Shown piece by piece: positions 28,532 through 42,096 of a DNA stretch of 64,000 nt. Location: contig OX597823.1 of assembly GCA_951406725.2 (NCBI GenBank), forward strand, positions 66,588,001 to 66,652,000. Direction: 5' to 3'. The translations under genes were made by a program, and so were the position numbers. The notes beneath the pieces are model-generated. The model saw only the letters and a list, made by a program, of their open reading frames with translations. It searched no databases and was not told where the DNA came from. Position 1 is the first letter of the stretch. Each line of letters begins with the position of its first letter. The stretch comes from Octopus vulgaris (lineage: Eukaryota).

Positions 28532-29485
28532 ATGAAACACCACATAATACCACAATGGAACAAATCACTCAGAGATAGAAAGTTCGCCTTTTGGAAGATG
28601 ATCCAAAACAACAACAAAGCGGATATATACGAAAAATGGCTCAACCGGACCCCGTTAATCCTCCCACGTAAATTCCAGTTCAAAGCTATTACAGAAGAAC
28701 CTGAAACACAAAGACACCTCAGGGAGAGAATGGCACTGGAAAAAATGAAAATGGAAATAGAACTTCTGAAATTGAGGGCCCAAACGAATGAGGATAAAAT
28801 AAAATCCACCGATGAAGATATCAACGAAGAAATTCGCAAAATGACCCAAGGCCCAGATCAAGAGAAGTTCTCCAAACTATGGAAAGAGGACTGTGAAAAA
28901 GAAGAACTAAAATCTCTCCAACGCTGGGAGAAAAGCGCCACTTGGTTCTCAGACTATGAAGCCGTCTTTCAAACAGAGCACGCCTCCAACAACCCTTTCC
29001 AGAAAATAAGAAAACCAAAACAACACCCAAACACCGATACACACCTGTCTAAAAATCGGAACCTTCACTACTATCAAAAAAAGAATACAGGACCTAACCC
29101 CAACTCTGTAAGCAGCCAGCGATACAATATCAGGAATACCCCCACTTCAAGCAGAGAAAGGATAAATCAACACCCACAGCATAGACACTGCAACCTCATC
29201 CCCACCCAAAGGAGTTACCAACGAAATCTTCGTCCCATTAACCGGTTAAACAACCATGCACAACAAACCCACACCACTTGCAATGATTACCAACGAAGGC
29301 CTCCTAGAACACCACACCCGAATATGGGATATCGGGATGCTCTCCTCAATACTGCTCCAAGAACACACACCACAAATCACAACAGGAGACCCCTAATCAA
29401 CAAAGAACAACTATATACTAGCTACCGTCCCAACCACCGCATTCATTTTTTAGACCCAATACGCAAACACAGAGACACAAGATAG
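28532..29485 (+). CDS. PLE upstream ORF1 (charged helical/coiled-coil N-half, basic N/R/P/H-rich C-half); probably 5'-truncated by the inversion
   Basis: 317-aa ORF with the same A/C-rich strand bias as the RT ORF. Heptad-like ERMALEKMKMEIELLKLRAQTNEDKIKSTDEDINEEIRKM. The frame is open back to the inversion junction at 28523. Confidence 0.75.
   Translation: MKHHIIPQWNKSLRDRKFAFWKMIQNNNKADIYEKWLNRTPLILPRKFQFKAITEEPETQRHLRERMALEKMKMEIELLKLRAQTNEDKIKSTDEDINEEIRKMTQGPDQEKFSKLWKEDCEKEELKSLQRWEKSATWFSDYEAVFQTEHASNNPFQKIRKPKQHPNTDTHLSKNRNLHYYQKKNTGPNPNSVSSQRYNIRNTPTSSRERINQHPQHRHCNLIPTQRSYQRNLRPINRLNNHAQQTHTTCNDYQRRPPRTPHPNMGYRDALLNTAPRTHTTNHNRRPLINKEQLYTSYRPNHRIHFLDPIRKHRDTR
29446..29452 (+). promoter_or_regulatory. 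Candidate -1 ribosomal frameshift heptamer T TTT TTA (alternatively a 3' splice acceptor TTTTTTAG)
   Basis: Phased X XXY YYZ in the ORF1 frame and inside the 29422-29485 overlap with the RT frame, which is -1 relative to ORF1. Confidence 0.6.
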
Positions 29486-29622
29486 CACCAAACAAGCAGG
29501 AGGAACCAAAAGTAATAAAAATTATTAATCTAACTCACAAGGAACTAACAGCAAACCAAATAAACATACTTTCCAAAGGACTCAAGTTTACACCCACCCC
29601 ACAACACCCCAACTACAATGAA

Positions 29623-31776
29623 ATGAAAGAAGACATCGCAGAATTCTGCAGAAAATTAAGACTTACTGAGGAGCTATACGATAAATACAACGAGGACGAA
29701 TCGTTAGCCAGAAATAGGAGTAACTACACCCCCTCGAAAGGTAAGAATAAAACACTTGATGATTTCTGTGACCACATATCAAATTACCCATATCAACATA
29801 TGCACAAACAAAAACACAAACCAAACTTCAGCAAAAAAGAATGGGCTGAGTTGAACAAATTAAAACTAGATAAAACAATAACAATCAAAGAGGCCGATAA
29901 AGGGAGTGCTGTTGTCTTAATGGATACGACATTTTACATAACTTTGGTACTTTCTATGCTGGAAGACACAACATACTATGAAAAGGCACAAAACTACAGT
30001 CAACAAAAAATAATGAGGGAACTAAAATCTATATTAAACCCATACAAAGCAGGGCTCACCGACAAAGAATATGATTATATGACCAATTTCACAAGTAAAA
30101 CTAGCCAATTCTACGGTATACCTAAGATCCACAAAAGTGAAAAAATAAGCAACGCATGCAAGATAGCTACAGACAAAATAATTAAAGTCCCTAATCCTAA
30201 TGACCTCAAATTGAGACCCATAATAGCAGGTCCCGCATGCGAAACCCACCGCCTCAGTAACTTTTTAGACACCCTGTTAAAACCACTCCTCAAACATGTC
30301 AAAAGCTATATAAGGGACGACTTAGATATGCTCAATCACCTACCGAATACTATAAACAAAAACACCATACTGGTATCCTTCGATGTAGTCAACCTCTACT
30401 CCAATATCCCCCACAACCTAGGACTAGAGGCAATCCAATTCTGGCTAGAGAATCACGCCAACGAACTACCACACCGCATCAAAAAAGAATTTGTGATAGA
30501 AGGGGTTAAATTCATCCTGGAAAATAACTTCTTCGCCTTCAATGACAACTTCTACCGACAAAAATCGGGGACTGCGATGGGTACACGAATGGCCCCCTCC
30601 TTTGCCAACCTAGTCATAGAATTTATAGAGATCAGTCTGTATCGTAAGGTTCTAGAAAGATATGGCAGCCCTTTCTCCATCTACATAGAAAACAACTGGA
30701 AGAGATATCTAGATGACTGTTTCATCCTTTGGCATAAAAATATAGAAAAACTCATAGAATTCCAGAAAATTTTAAACGGACTGGACGTAAACATCCAATT
30801 CACGATGGAATATAGCCAACAACAACTCCCCTTCCTCGATATCCTCATTAAGAAAGCTAATAATATAATAGAAACAGACATATACTATAAGCCTACAGAC
30901 TCTAAGCAATATCTTCCATTCAATTCATGCCACCCCAGACACACCAGGATGAATATCCCCTTCAATCTAGCAAAAAGGATATGCACTATAGTCTCTAACG
31001 CAAACACCAGAGACACACGACTACAAGAACTAAAAGATACCCTAATCACCAGGAACTATCCACCTTCACTTATTGACAAGTGCATTCAACGTGCCCTTCA
31101 ACTTAACATCAAGGAACTGAGACATCCCAAATCAAAGAAAAACTTACAACCAAAAGCCTTACCATACATCTCCACACACAACCCTCTCAATAACGAAGCC
31201 TTCGACACCATCCTCCACAACATACCCCTCCTAAAAAAAGACCACAGAATGAACACAATCCTCCAAACACACACGATCATAAAAAGCAAAAGACAGCCTA
31301 GATCCATGAAAAGTCTCCTTACACAAGCCCGAATTCACTCTTCAACACAGAAGCCGACAGTAAAAAAATGTGGAAGACCCAATTGCGGGATATGCGACTA
31401 TCTAATCGAGGGTTCTGAGTTCTCCTTCAAACAGGGACAACGGTTTACAGTGAAAAGCAACTTCACATGTGCTTCGGAGAACCTAATATACTCACTAACC
31501 TGCTCCGGGTGTCAAGAGCAGTACATAGGCCAAACAAAAAATGGTTTGCGTAAACGAATGGCCCTGCACAGATCCCAGATAAAAATTCCCCAAAACAGAA
31601 AAATAGCTTTTAGCCAACACATAGATACTTGCGCCAACAAAAAAACACCAAACTTCAGAATTTTCCCCCTCTACCAATTTAGGGACGATACAACCTCGAG
31701 ACAAAGAATAAGTAAAGAAAATCTCTTTATTACAAAATACAAGCCACTTCTTAACGGGTCTACGACAAACAATTAA
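29623..31776 (+). CDS. Penelope-like reverse transcriptase with C-terminal GIY-YIG endonuclease (frame actually open from 29422)
   Basis: IKEADKGSAVV, LRPII, LVSFDVVNLYSNIPH, QKSGTAMGTRMAPSFANL, WKRYLDDCF, LPFLDI, YYKPTD, YLPFNSCHP, linker CGRPNCGIC, NLIYSLTCSGCQEQYIGQT..RKRMALHRS. Upstream in-frame IINLTHKEL..LSKGLKFTPTP. Confidence 0.96.
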   Translation: MKEDIAEFCRKLRLTEELYDKYNEDESLARNRSNYTPSKGKNKTLDDFCDHISNYPYQHMHKQKHKPNFSKKEWAELNKLKLDKTITIKEADKGSAVVLMDTTFYITLVLSMLEDTTYYEKAQNYSQQKIMRELKSILNPYKAGLTDKEYDYMTNFTSKTSQFYGIPKIHKSEKISNACKIATDKIIKVPNPNDLKLRPIIAGPACETHRLSNFLDTLLKPLLKHVKSYIRDDLDMLNHLPNTINKNTILVSFDVVNLYSNIPHNLGLEAIQFWLENHANELPHRIKKEFVIEGVKFILENNFFAFNDNFYRQKSGTAMGTRMAPSFANLVIEFIEISLYRKVLERYGSPFSIYIENNWKRYLDDCFILWHKNIEKLIEFQKILNGLDVNIQFTMEYSQQQLPFLDILIKKANNIIETDIYYKPTDSKQYLPFNSCHPRHTRMNIPFNLAKRICTIVSNANTRDTRLQELKDTLITRNYPPSLIDKCIQRALQLNIKELRHPKSKKNLQPKALPYISTHNPLNNEAFDTILHNIPLLKKDHRMNTILQTHTIIKSKRQPRSMKSLLTQARIHSSTQKPTVKKCGRPNCGICDYLIEGSEFSFKQGQRFTVKSNFTCASENLIYSLTCSGCQEQYIGQTKNGLRKRMALHRSQIKIPQNRKIAFSQHIDTCANKKTPNFRIFPLYQFRDDTTSRQRISKENLFITKYKPLLNGSTTNN

Positions 31777-31889
31777 TATACCTCAACTTTAGAATAAAAG
31801 AAAAAAATATATATACACACACAAATACTACACTCCATAGAATCCATTACTAATCAGCCCCTTCATAGCTATATTTACACCCATTCATA

Positions 31890-32150
31890 TTCTCCCTTCT
31901 CTGTTTTTTTCTTCTTCTTCTTCTTCATCATCATCGTTATCATCATCATCGGCGTCATCATCATCGCCACCATCATCACCACCATCTTCTCCTTCTCCTC
32001 CTTCTTCTTCTTCTTCTTCATCATCATCGTTATCATCATCATCGTCGTCATAATCATCACCACCATCACCATCATCTTCTCCTTCTCCTTTCTTCTTCTT
32101 CTTCTTCTTCTTCTTCTTCTTCTTCTTCTTCTTCTTCTTCTTCTTCTCCA
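31890..32150. repeat. Compound (CTT)n/(CAT)n repeat within the PLE 3' UTR (mirrored at about 26310-26570)
   Basis: Present in both arms, so it is part of the element. Confidence 0.9.
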
Positions 32151-32496
32151 CCCCCTACCCCTTAAGTTTGTCACTAATGTTTTTTAGTATAACACCTACG
32201 CTAATTCTATAAACAAGCCTGTCAATATAAATATTCTCCTGAATTGAACTGAGACTGCCAGCCGCCACTGACCATTCAAAATACGACCATCAGGGCACTC
32301 CCAGATTATCCCACCCCCTTTCCTCACCAGCCTTCCCTCTACTACCCTACCAAGAACTCACAACTACCTCGAACACACAAGTGCAAACAAGGGAGTCAGA
32401 GAAAGGCAGAATGCCACTTAAATCTGAACACTACTATAGAAATATTCTTTTAAAAAAACTTTTCTTCTAATTTTTCTAAATTTAATTACTTAATCG

Positions 32497-32540
32497 TTAC
32501 AGTTGAAAAGGTCTCAAAATGACCGAAACCGGTACTGAAA
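32497..32540 (+). ncRNA. Minimal type I hammerhead ribozyme, U3-A8 variant
   Basis: ttaCAG-TTGAAAA-GGTC tcaaaat GACC-GAAAC-CG-GTA-CTGaaa. Stem I CAG/CTG, stem II GGTC/GACC, palindromic stem III ACCGGT; predicted cut after A32534. Confidence 0.75.
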
Positions 32541-32894
32541 TGTTCACTATAAAATTATTTTAGCATTTTCTATTTTTTACTTGTTTTTTCATATATATCA
32601 ACTCGTGTGTTCCTTTTCACCCTTATACATATATATATATATACACATACAATGTTGGTAGGGTTAAAACAAAAGCTGTGACCTATTGAGGCTTATCTGC
32701 TTATTCTAGTATGATAATCCAGTACATAGTGGTTATATTTCTCTGAGTGGGTCATCATAATCATTATCATCATCAACCTCATCATCATCATCGTCGTCGT
32801 CGTCGTCAAACTCATCATCTTCTGTTGCTAGGGTTCTAGAAAATGATGTGTTGTAAATGGACTACAAGAAACAGTAAGCGATTGTAAATTTCTA

Positions 32895-32929
<35 letters not shown>

Positions 32930-33049
32930 CACGTATGTATGTACATATGCATGAAAATACATATATATATATATATATGTATATACACACATTCATATAC
33001 ATACATGCATACATATATATACATATATACACACACACACCCACACACC

Positions 33050-33096
<47 letters not shown>

Positions 33097-33119
33097 GCAT
33101 ATAACTATATAATATATAT

Positions 33120-33820
33120 ATTTTATTCTTTTATTTCTTTCAGTCATTTGACTGCGGCCATGCTGAAACACTGCCTTAATCGAAGAAATCGATTCCAGGA
33201 CCTATTCTTTGTAAGTGTAGTACTTTTTCTATCGGTCTTTTGCCGAACCGGTAAGATACGAGGACGTAAACACACCAACATCGATTGTCAAGCGATGGTG
33301 CGGGGACAAACGCAGACACAGACTGACACACACACACACATATATATATATATACAGATATATACACATATAAACAGTTTTTGTGATATTTCTGCTGCTT
33401 TTTAATAAAGTATATTACTCTACGGCTAAGGCGGCGAGCTGGCAGAATCGTTAGCACGCCGGGCGAAATGCGTAGCCGTATTTCGTCTGCCGTTACCTGT
33501 TCTGGGTTCAAATTCCGCCGAGGTCGACTTTGCCTTTCATCCTTTCGGGGTCGATAAAATAAGTACCAGTTACGTTCTGGGGTGGATGTAATCGACTTAA
33601 TCCCTTTGTCTGTCCTTGTTTGTCCCCTCTATGTTTAGCCCCTTGTGGGTAGTAAAGAAATATATATTACTCTACGGCTGTATTCGAGTACTATTTTCTC
33701 CACCTTGTTTCGCATTTATGAACTTACTCCGGTATAAATATATATATATATATATATATACAAGGCTTTGGTGGGCCCAAGTTTATAGTAGAAAACACTT
33801 AGGTGCCACGCAGTGGAATA
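33120..33820 (-). mobile_element. SINE family B split by nested insertions
   Basis: 3' half at 33120-33355, 5' remnant at about 33760-33820. Confidence 0.8.
33428..33662 (+). mobile_element. Full-length SINE family A with 17-bp TSD
   Basis: TSD TATATTACTCTACGGCT at 33411-33427 and 33663-33679. Head AAGGCGGCGAGCTGGCAGAATCG, B box GGTTCAAATTCC, core GCCTTTCATCCTTTCGGGGTCGATAAA (Meta/MESC-like by recollection). Confidence 0.93.
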
Positions 33821-34364
33821 CAGATGTGTATATAAATATTCATGTATTGTGTGTATGTGTACGCATATATTTATGCAGTTATGTACGCGTGTGCGTATAT
33901 ACCTGTGCACGCACATTTATACTATCTCAAACTTAATGCGTTTCTGTCGTAGCACTCTAAGTTAACTTAATCCTCTCGTATTTTTATGGTATGTAACTCC
34001 GCATCCCTTCATCTAACTATCTTTCGATCGATCGTTCATAGTCTCGTTTGATCGATTAGTCTGTTGGACGATGCGTTGGCTGTATGATCGGTTCTACGTT
34101 CGGTCGGTTTATCTGTGGATGTGTCTGTCTCACAAAGGTGTCTTTCTGTCAATCAAGTTAACTCTCCCATCTCATTCACCCATCTCATTCGGAATCTGTC
34201 TGTCTCTTCTTCTCCCACTTTACATATATGTTTGTGCGTGTGTGTATGTGCGTGTGTGTGTGTGAGAAAGAGAGAGAGAGAGAGAGAGGGCGCGAGTGAG
34301 TGAGAGAGAGAGAGGGCGCGAGTGAGAGAGAGAGAATGCATATATAGTTGTATATATGTACATT

Positions 34365-34389
34365 TAGATATAGATAGATACATAGATAA

Positions 34390-34420
<31 letters not shown>

Positions 34421-34440
34421 CATACATACATAGATAAATT

Positions 34441-34510
<70 letters not shown>

Positions 34511-34513
34511 GAG

Positions 34514-34579
<66 letters not shown>

Positions 34580-34645
34580 TTAGGCAAGTAGCTAGTCAGA
34601 TAGGCAGACAGACAGGCAGACAGAAAGACAGACAGCCAGACAAAT

Positions 34646-34703
<58 letters not shown>

Positions 34704-34712
34704 GGATAGATC
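34365..34712. repeat. (GATA)n/(GACA)n tetranucleotide array
   Basis: Read directly; similar arrays at 24775-24910, 39975-40645 and 51125-51286. Confidence 0.95.
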
Positions 34713-35310
34713 CATACATACATACATATATATATATATATACATACATGCATAGATGCATGTATACATACATGCATACGGTCACATCGATAGACACATA
34801 TATAGTTAGATAGAATTTGACAGAGAAAGCAAAATATATATATCTATATACATACATAAATTTGTGTGCATGTAACGTGAATGTATATAGATGCTAACAA
34901 CATTATAAACCTAACCCAATCCGCATACAAAGCACGCAAAAACACACAACTGACAGACACACACACACACACACACACACAACTGACAGACACACACACA
35001 CACACACACACGCAAATGCAAAACCACGCACATATATACATGCATATCAACTAATATCTGTACGTGTGTGCGCGTATTAATAGCTAGATAGATTGACAGA
35101 TGGATAGCCAGAGAGACAGACAGACAGATAAAAGAGGAGAAAGACAGACAACAGACAGACAGCCAGACAGAAAGTTAGAAAGATAGAAATATAGATAGAT
35201 AAATTTATTGATAGATACATAGATAGGAAGTTAGATAAATAGATCTAAAGATAGAGGAAAGACAAATATATAATAAATACACATATATACACATATATAT
35301 TTGTGTGTGT

Positions 35311-35385
<75 letters not shown>

Positions 35386-36188
35386 TACTTGCAGACATAA
35401 TATATATAGCTACACATATATAAGCAAGCACCAAACACACTCCTATGTATGTATGTGTGTCTATATAGTTATATATTTAAACGAACGCGTCTATCATTAA
35501 TCACTGTCTATTTCACAGTTATTTCATTCATTCATCTGCTCATTCCTTCACTCGTTTTCTCGTTTTACCCATTCAGTTATTCGTTCATTCCGTCGCCTGC
35601 TCATTCTCTTATTCATTTCATCCATTCGCTCTATCATTTCACTGTTTGTTCGTTTGGACGGCGGCTTTATATGACTACAACGTAACACCATACTCATCGA
35701 TACTCACGCAAATGCGCGCACATACACTGCACCGTCGAATCGCACGTGCAAACGTACACACACATCGCATGTACGGACATATATTCACGCACTTACGGAT
35801 GCACATACATATACACACCTAAACAGACAAACATCAAAGAACTTATATCCATCCATATAAATATATATATATACATAAATATATATGCGTGTGTGTGTGA
35901 GAGTTTGTGTGCACAGTATTTACTTTGTAAAAATGTACGATATTTAGAACAAAATAGTTATTTTTAAAATGTGGAAATTTTACTTGATATTAGGGATGTT
36001 TAGGTCTCAAAGTTAGAGTTAACATTATCTCTCATACCATTTTACACGTGTATTTTACTCATAAATACATACATTTGTGCACATAATCCTACACACATAC
36101 GGACACACACGTATATATCTCTTTACATACATGTACAAACACACATCCCTGTGTACAGCCGTATTCTACATACATATAAATATACATA

Positions 36189-36352
36189 TTTTCTTATTGC
36201 CCACAAGGGGCTAAATACAGAGGGGACAAACAAGGACAGACAAAGGGATTAAGTCGATTACATCGGCCCCCAGTGCGTAACTGGTACTTAATTTATCGAC
36301 CCCCGAAAGGATGAAAGGCAAAGTCGACGTCGGAGGAATTTGAACTCAGAAC
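36189..36352 (-). mobile_element. SINE family A, 5'-truncated
   Basis: Reverse complement of the 3' part of 33428-33662. Confidence 0.9.
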
Positions 36353-36431
36353 ATATAAATATACATACAAATACATTCATTCACACACACACACATACAC
36401 ATACATACAAACACACACATACATGATATAT

Positions 36432-36472
<41 letters not shown>

Positions 36473-37839
36473 AGGACAGACATGTACAGACAACATGATA
36501 GGAAATACCGAAGTGTATGCTCGTCCGAGTAAAAGTGAAAGAAATATCAAAAGTAACTGAAGCAACAGCGAGGAGTAAAAGAACAACTACAATAATAACA
36601 AGACGAATTACTAACGGAAAGAATATCCTTAACTTCATCATAACAACAATAGCCACAAGTGTAATAACAACAACAACAACAACAAGAACAACACAATGAT
36701 ATTTTGCCGGTAATTTCACTGCCATGTGATCTAAAGAAACTATGGAAGGCTTGAATATGAGTTTGTTACTATATCTTACAACCTTCCAACATGTTGCTGT
36801 TTGCTAGCGCTGCGGTGTAATAAGCAACTCCTGGAGAATTCCCCACGTTCTCAACAGACAACCAACCGCTTCTTTCCCACCTCTCTCTTTCTCTCTCTCT
36901 CTCTCCCTTCTCTCTCTCACTCCTTCTTTTTCTTACTCTGTCTTTCTCCCCTTTTCTATATCTTTCTTTCCTCCTCCTCCTCCTCTCTCTATCTTTCATA
37001 CAGACGCTATCTTTTTTTCGGCGCTCTTTTTATCTTTCTGTCGTTCATTTTTTTCTGCATCTGATTTATTTGCCTTCATTTTGTTTTTGCTTTTTATTAT
37101 TTTTTTTAAATATATTCATTATTTATTTGTTTATTTATTTATTAATGTATATTCATTCATTCATTCATTCATTCATTATCGGTCGTCAACCTCCCCGCTA
37201 CCTGCCTAATCTCCACAAACTTCTCCGCACGTTATTCCAGGAACAGCACTACCACCAACATCACCACCACCACCACCAACAACAACAACCAACACACCTC
37301 CCACATTCCGTTACACGCTACAATCAACTAGCCAATCCAACATAACGAACGCATCTCACTAACAAAGAACAACAAACATCTACACATACACACACACACG
37401 CACATACACACGCATACACACATACATACATATATATATATATACATGTATGTATTTATATAAATATATATATACATATATATAAATACATACATATATA
37501 TATATATATACATACATATATATATATATATACATATGTGAACGCACGTCTGTGTGTGTGTGTGTGTCTGTGTGTATGTGTACATATGCGTATCCGTGCA
37601 TACACATAGGCATGCTCGCAGTATATTTACACAACATAGCACAACTATCTTTCGGAAACCGTCTCAGCAACACGCACGAAAGGAAATCACTTTGTATACA
37701 TTGATGCATTAAAAACAAAACAACGACAGCAATTTTAACCGCGAGACTTGGCAACTTTTATTCCTTATCCACTTTATATCTTACTGCAATATTTATTTTA
37801 AATACACTCAAGTACATACGTAAATACATACATACACAC

Positions 37840-37918
<79 letters not shown>

Positions 37919-38189
37919 CGTATATATATATATGTAGTTGTTATCACAACGTGAACAAAATATAAACTCAACTAGAATAAAAAAAAAAGAAAAACGTTAT
38001 ATACACGGAGCATTAAGTCGTCTTCCTAAAGACGAATGTAACTCATTTTTCTGCTACTGGTCTCTTTTTAAAACAAAAACATTATAATCGGTAAGTACAG
38101 TTTAATGTTTGTTTATTTTTGTCCAGAAATATCTCACTTTCACGCCGTGTTTTCATTGATTATATATCACTGTTGTAATTGTTAATTAC

Positions 38190-39360
<1,171 letters not shown>

Positions 39361-39478
39361 ATCATACACACGCACAAACACACACTTGTATATATATATC
39401 TATATATATATATATATATTAGTATATATATGTGTGTATATATATATAGATGCATACATATATATGTATGTATGCACA

Positions 39479-39515
<37 letters not shown>

Positions 39516-39536
39516 ATATATATATATATATACACT

Positions 39537-39593
<57 letters not shown>

Positions 39594-40000
39594 ACACACA
39601 CATACATATATATGTATGTGTGTATGTATACATGTGTGTGTTGTAGAAGCAATAGATTTTCTTTCAGATGTGTTGTCTTGAAAACACGATCCCGATCTAG
39701 TTTATATCAAGGTTAATTTCTCTGTACGTGTGTGTGTGTGTGTGTTTGCGTGAATATGACTGTGCATGCATATGTGCATGCGGCTTGTTTTTACTTATGG
39801 TTTGAAATAACTAGCAAGTTACTATGCTATTTAAAAACGGAACTTTATCATATAAAACAAACAGTAAAGGTTCATAGGAAAATATTTTAAAAAGAAACAG
39901 CATTGTTACTAGAGCACGTACGTGGTTTTCAATAAGGCATACAGACACGAGTGACTGACTATAAGAATATGCAGTCAGATAAATAGAGAGATAGACTGAG

Positions 40001-40064
<64 letters not shown>

Positions 40065-40065
40065 G

Positions 40066-40103
<38 letters not shown>

Positions 40104-40160
40104 AATGCATCTAGACTGTCAGAAAAACAGATAGATACATAGGTATATAGATAGATAGAA

Positions 40161-40199
<39 letters not shown>

Positions 40200-40240
40200 T
40201 AAATAGTCAGACAGACAGACTGACAGACAGACAGACAGAC

Positions 40241-40291
<51 letters not shown>

Positions 40292-40372
40292 CAAATAGAT
40301 AGACAGACAGACAGACAGACAGAAAGACAGACATAGACAGACAGACACTCAGTCAGACAGACAGACAGACAT

Positions 40373-40434
<62 letters not shown>

Positions 40435-40686
40435 GGACAAACAAGCAGTGACAGACACACAGGCAGATGGATAGTTAGATAGACAGATAGACAAACTGAT
40501 GAATAGACATATAGACCGATATATGGATAGCCAGAGAGAGAGAGAGAGAGAAACGGATAGAGCGAAACAGACAAAGCAGACAGGCGGGCAGACAGACAGA
40601 TAGACAGGCCGAGGGATAGTTAAATAAATAGACAGACAGACAGACATATGCTTACATACTTATGATTAATGTAACCTCGTGTGTGT

Positions 40687-40755
<69 letters not shown>

Positions 40756-40852
40756 GTGTGACTTTTTCTGCGTGAATGTTTCTGTACGAACGAATATGTA
40801 TATTCGTGTGTGACTTTTCGTTTTTACTTATATATTATGTGTGTGTGTGTCC

Positions 40853-40884
<32 letters not shown>

Positions 40885-40996
40885 GTTTGTGTTTGAATTT
40901 ATGTAGCTGTACACGCACACACACACACACAAACAACCCCGGTCTTCCCCCTACGCACACACGCAGGTGCATGGACGCACAGGCGCATACACACAC

Positions 40997-41031
<35 letters not shown>

Positions 41032-41191
41032 TTGCGTGTATATATATATATGCGTGTCTTCCGTATGTGTTGCATGTGTGTGGGAGTAGGGGTATGTACT
41101 TCCCTTATTTTGTTTATGCGGTTTCATTGTAATATGTGTGCGTTAATGCTTTCATTTATTGTTGCTGGTATTGTTGTTGTTGTCAATTCAT

Positions 41192-41979
41192 GTGAAGCTG
41201 GGAGAATCGTTAGCACGCCGGGAAAAAATGTTTACCGACATTTCGTCCGTCTTGACGCTCCGAGTTCAAATTCCGCCGAGATCGACTTTGTCTTTCATCC
41301 TTTCAGGGGCGATTAAATAAGTACCAGTTACGCACTGGGGTGGATGTAATCGACTAAATCCTTTCCCCCCCAACTTGTGTCCTTGTGCTTCCATTAGAAA
41401 GGATGATAATTATAAATATTATTATTTTACTCTCGGTGAGTCGAAAAAAACTAGCGCAACGGTTGCGATCTTTGGTAATTTATTGGAATGAATCTTCACA
41501 TCTAAGTCCATATACAATCAGGTTTGATTATGCTATACGTCCTTCTGAAGGTGGAGGTGGGGAGTGAAATAAAATTAAGAATCAATAAAAGTACTGACAA
41601 AAATCGATCTCACTGACAAGAACTGGCACTCACCAATATTTATACCATTGCACTTTTTTTTATTGTTATTATTATTATTACTATTATTGCAGTCTATTGT
41701 TAACAACTACAACAAAATCAACAACAGCAAAAAGAACAACAACCATAATAATAATTGATTTTTCGTACAAGGTTCATAATGAGGTGTTATTTGATGACAT
41801 TCACCCTAGTATTTCACGGGTACTTTTCTTACTATTCCCAAAGGATGAAAAGAAAAGTTGACCTCGACGCATTTGAACACAGAACGTAAAGAAACAGAAT
41901 ATTACTAAGCATTTTGCCTGACGCGCTAACGATTCTGCCAGCTCACCACCTTAACGACAAGAACAACAAAATGATTCCC

Positions 41980-42040
<61 letters not shown>

Positions 42041-42053
42041 GATAATGATAATG

Positions 42054-42096
<43 letters not shown>

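Larger units (their letters stand above)
25862..32628 (+). mobile_element. Penelope-like retroelement (Neptune-type) inserted in (TA)n as a fold-back with ~2.66-kb inverted arms
   Basis: 25862-28523 is the reverse complement of 29938-32598 with only a handful of differences. The unique loop is 28524-29937, the 30-nt tail 32599-32628 is present on the right only, and (TA)n lies on both sides. Confidence 0.95.

Noticed and set aside
26751-28568. 605-aa minus-strand ORF as a second independent RT gene
   Set aside because: It is the inverted duplicate of the plus-strand ORF, with a junction-derived N-terminus and a frameshifted C-terminus.
29422-31776. Selenocysteine recoding as in some Naiad PLEs
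   Set aside because: No in-frame TGA in the RT-EN frame.
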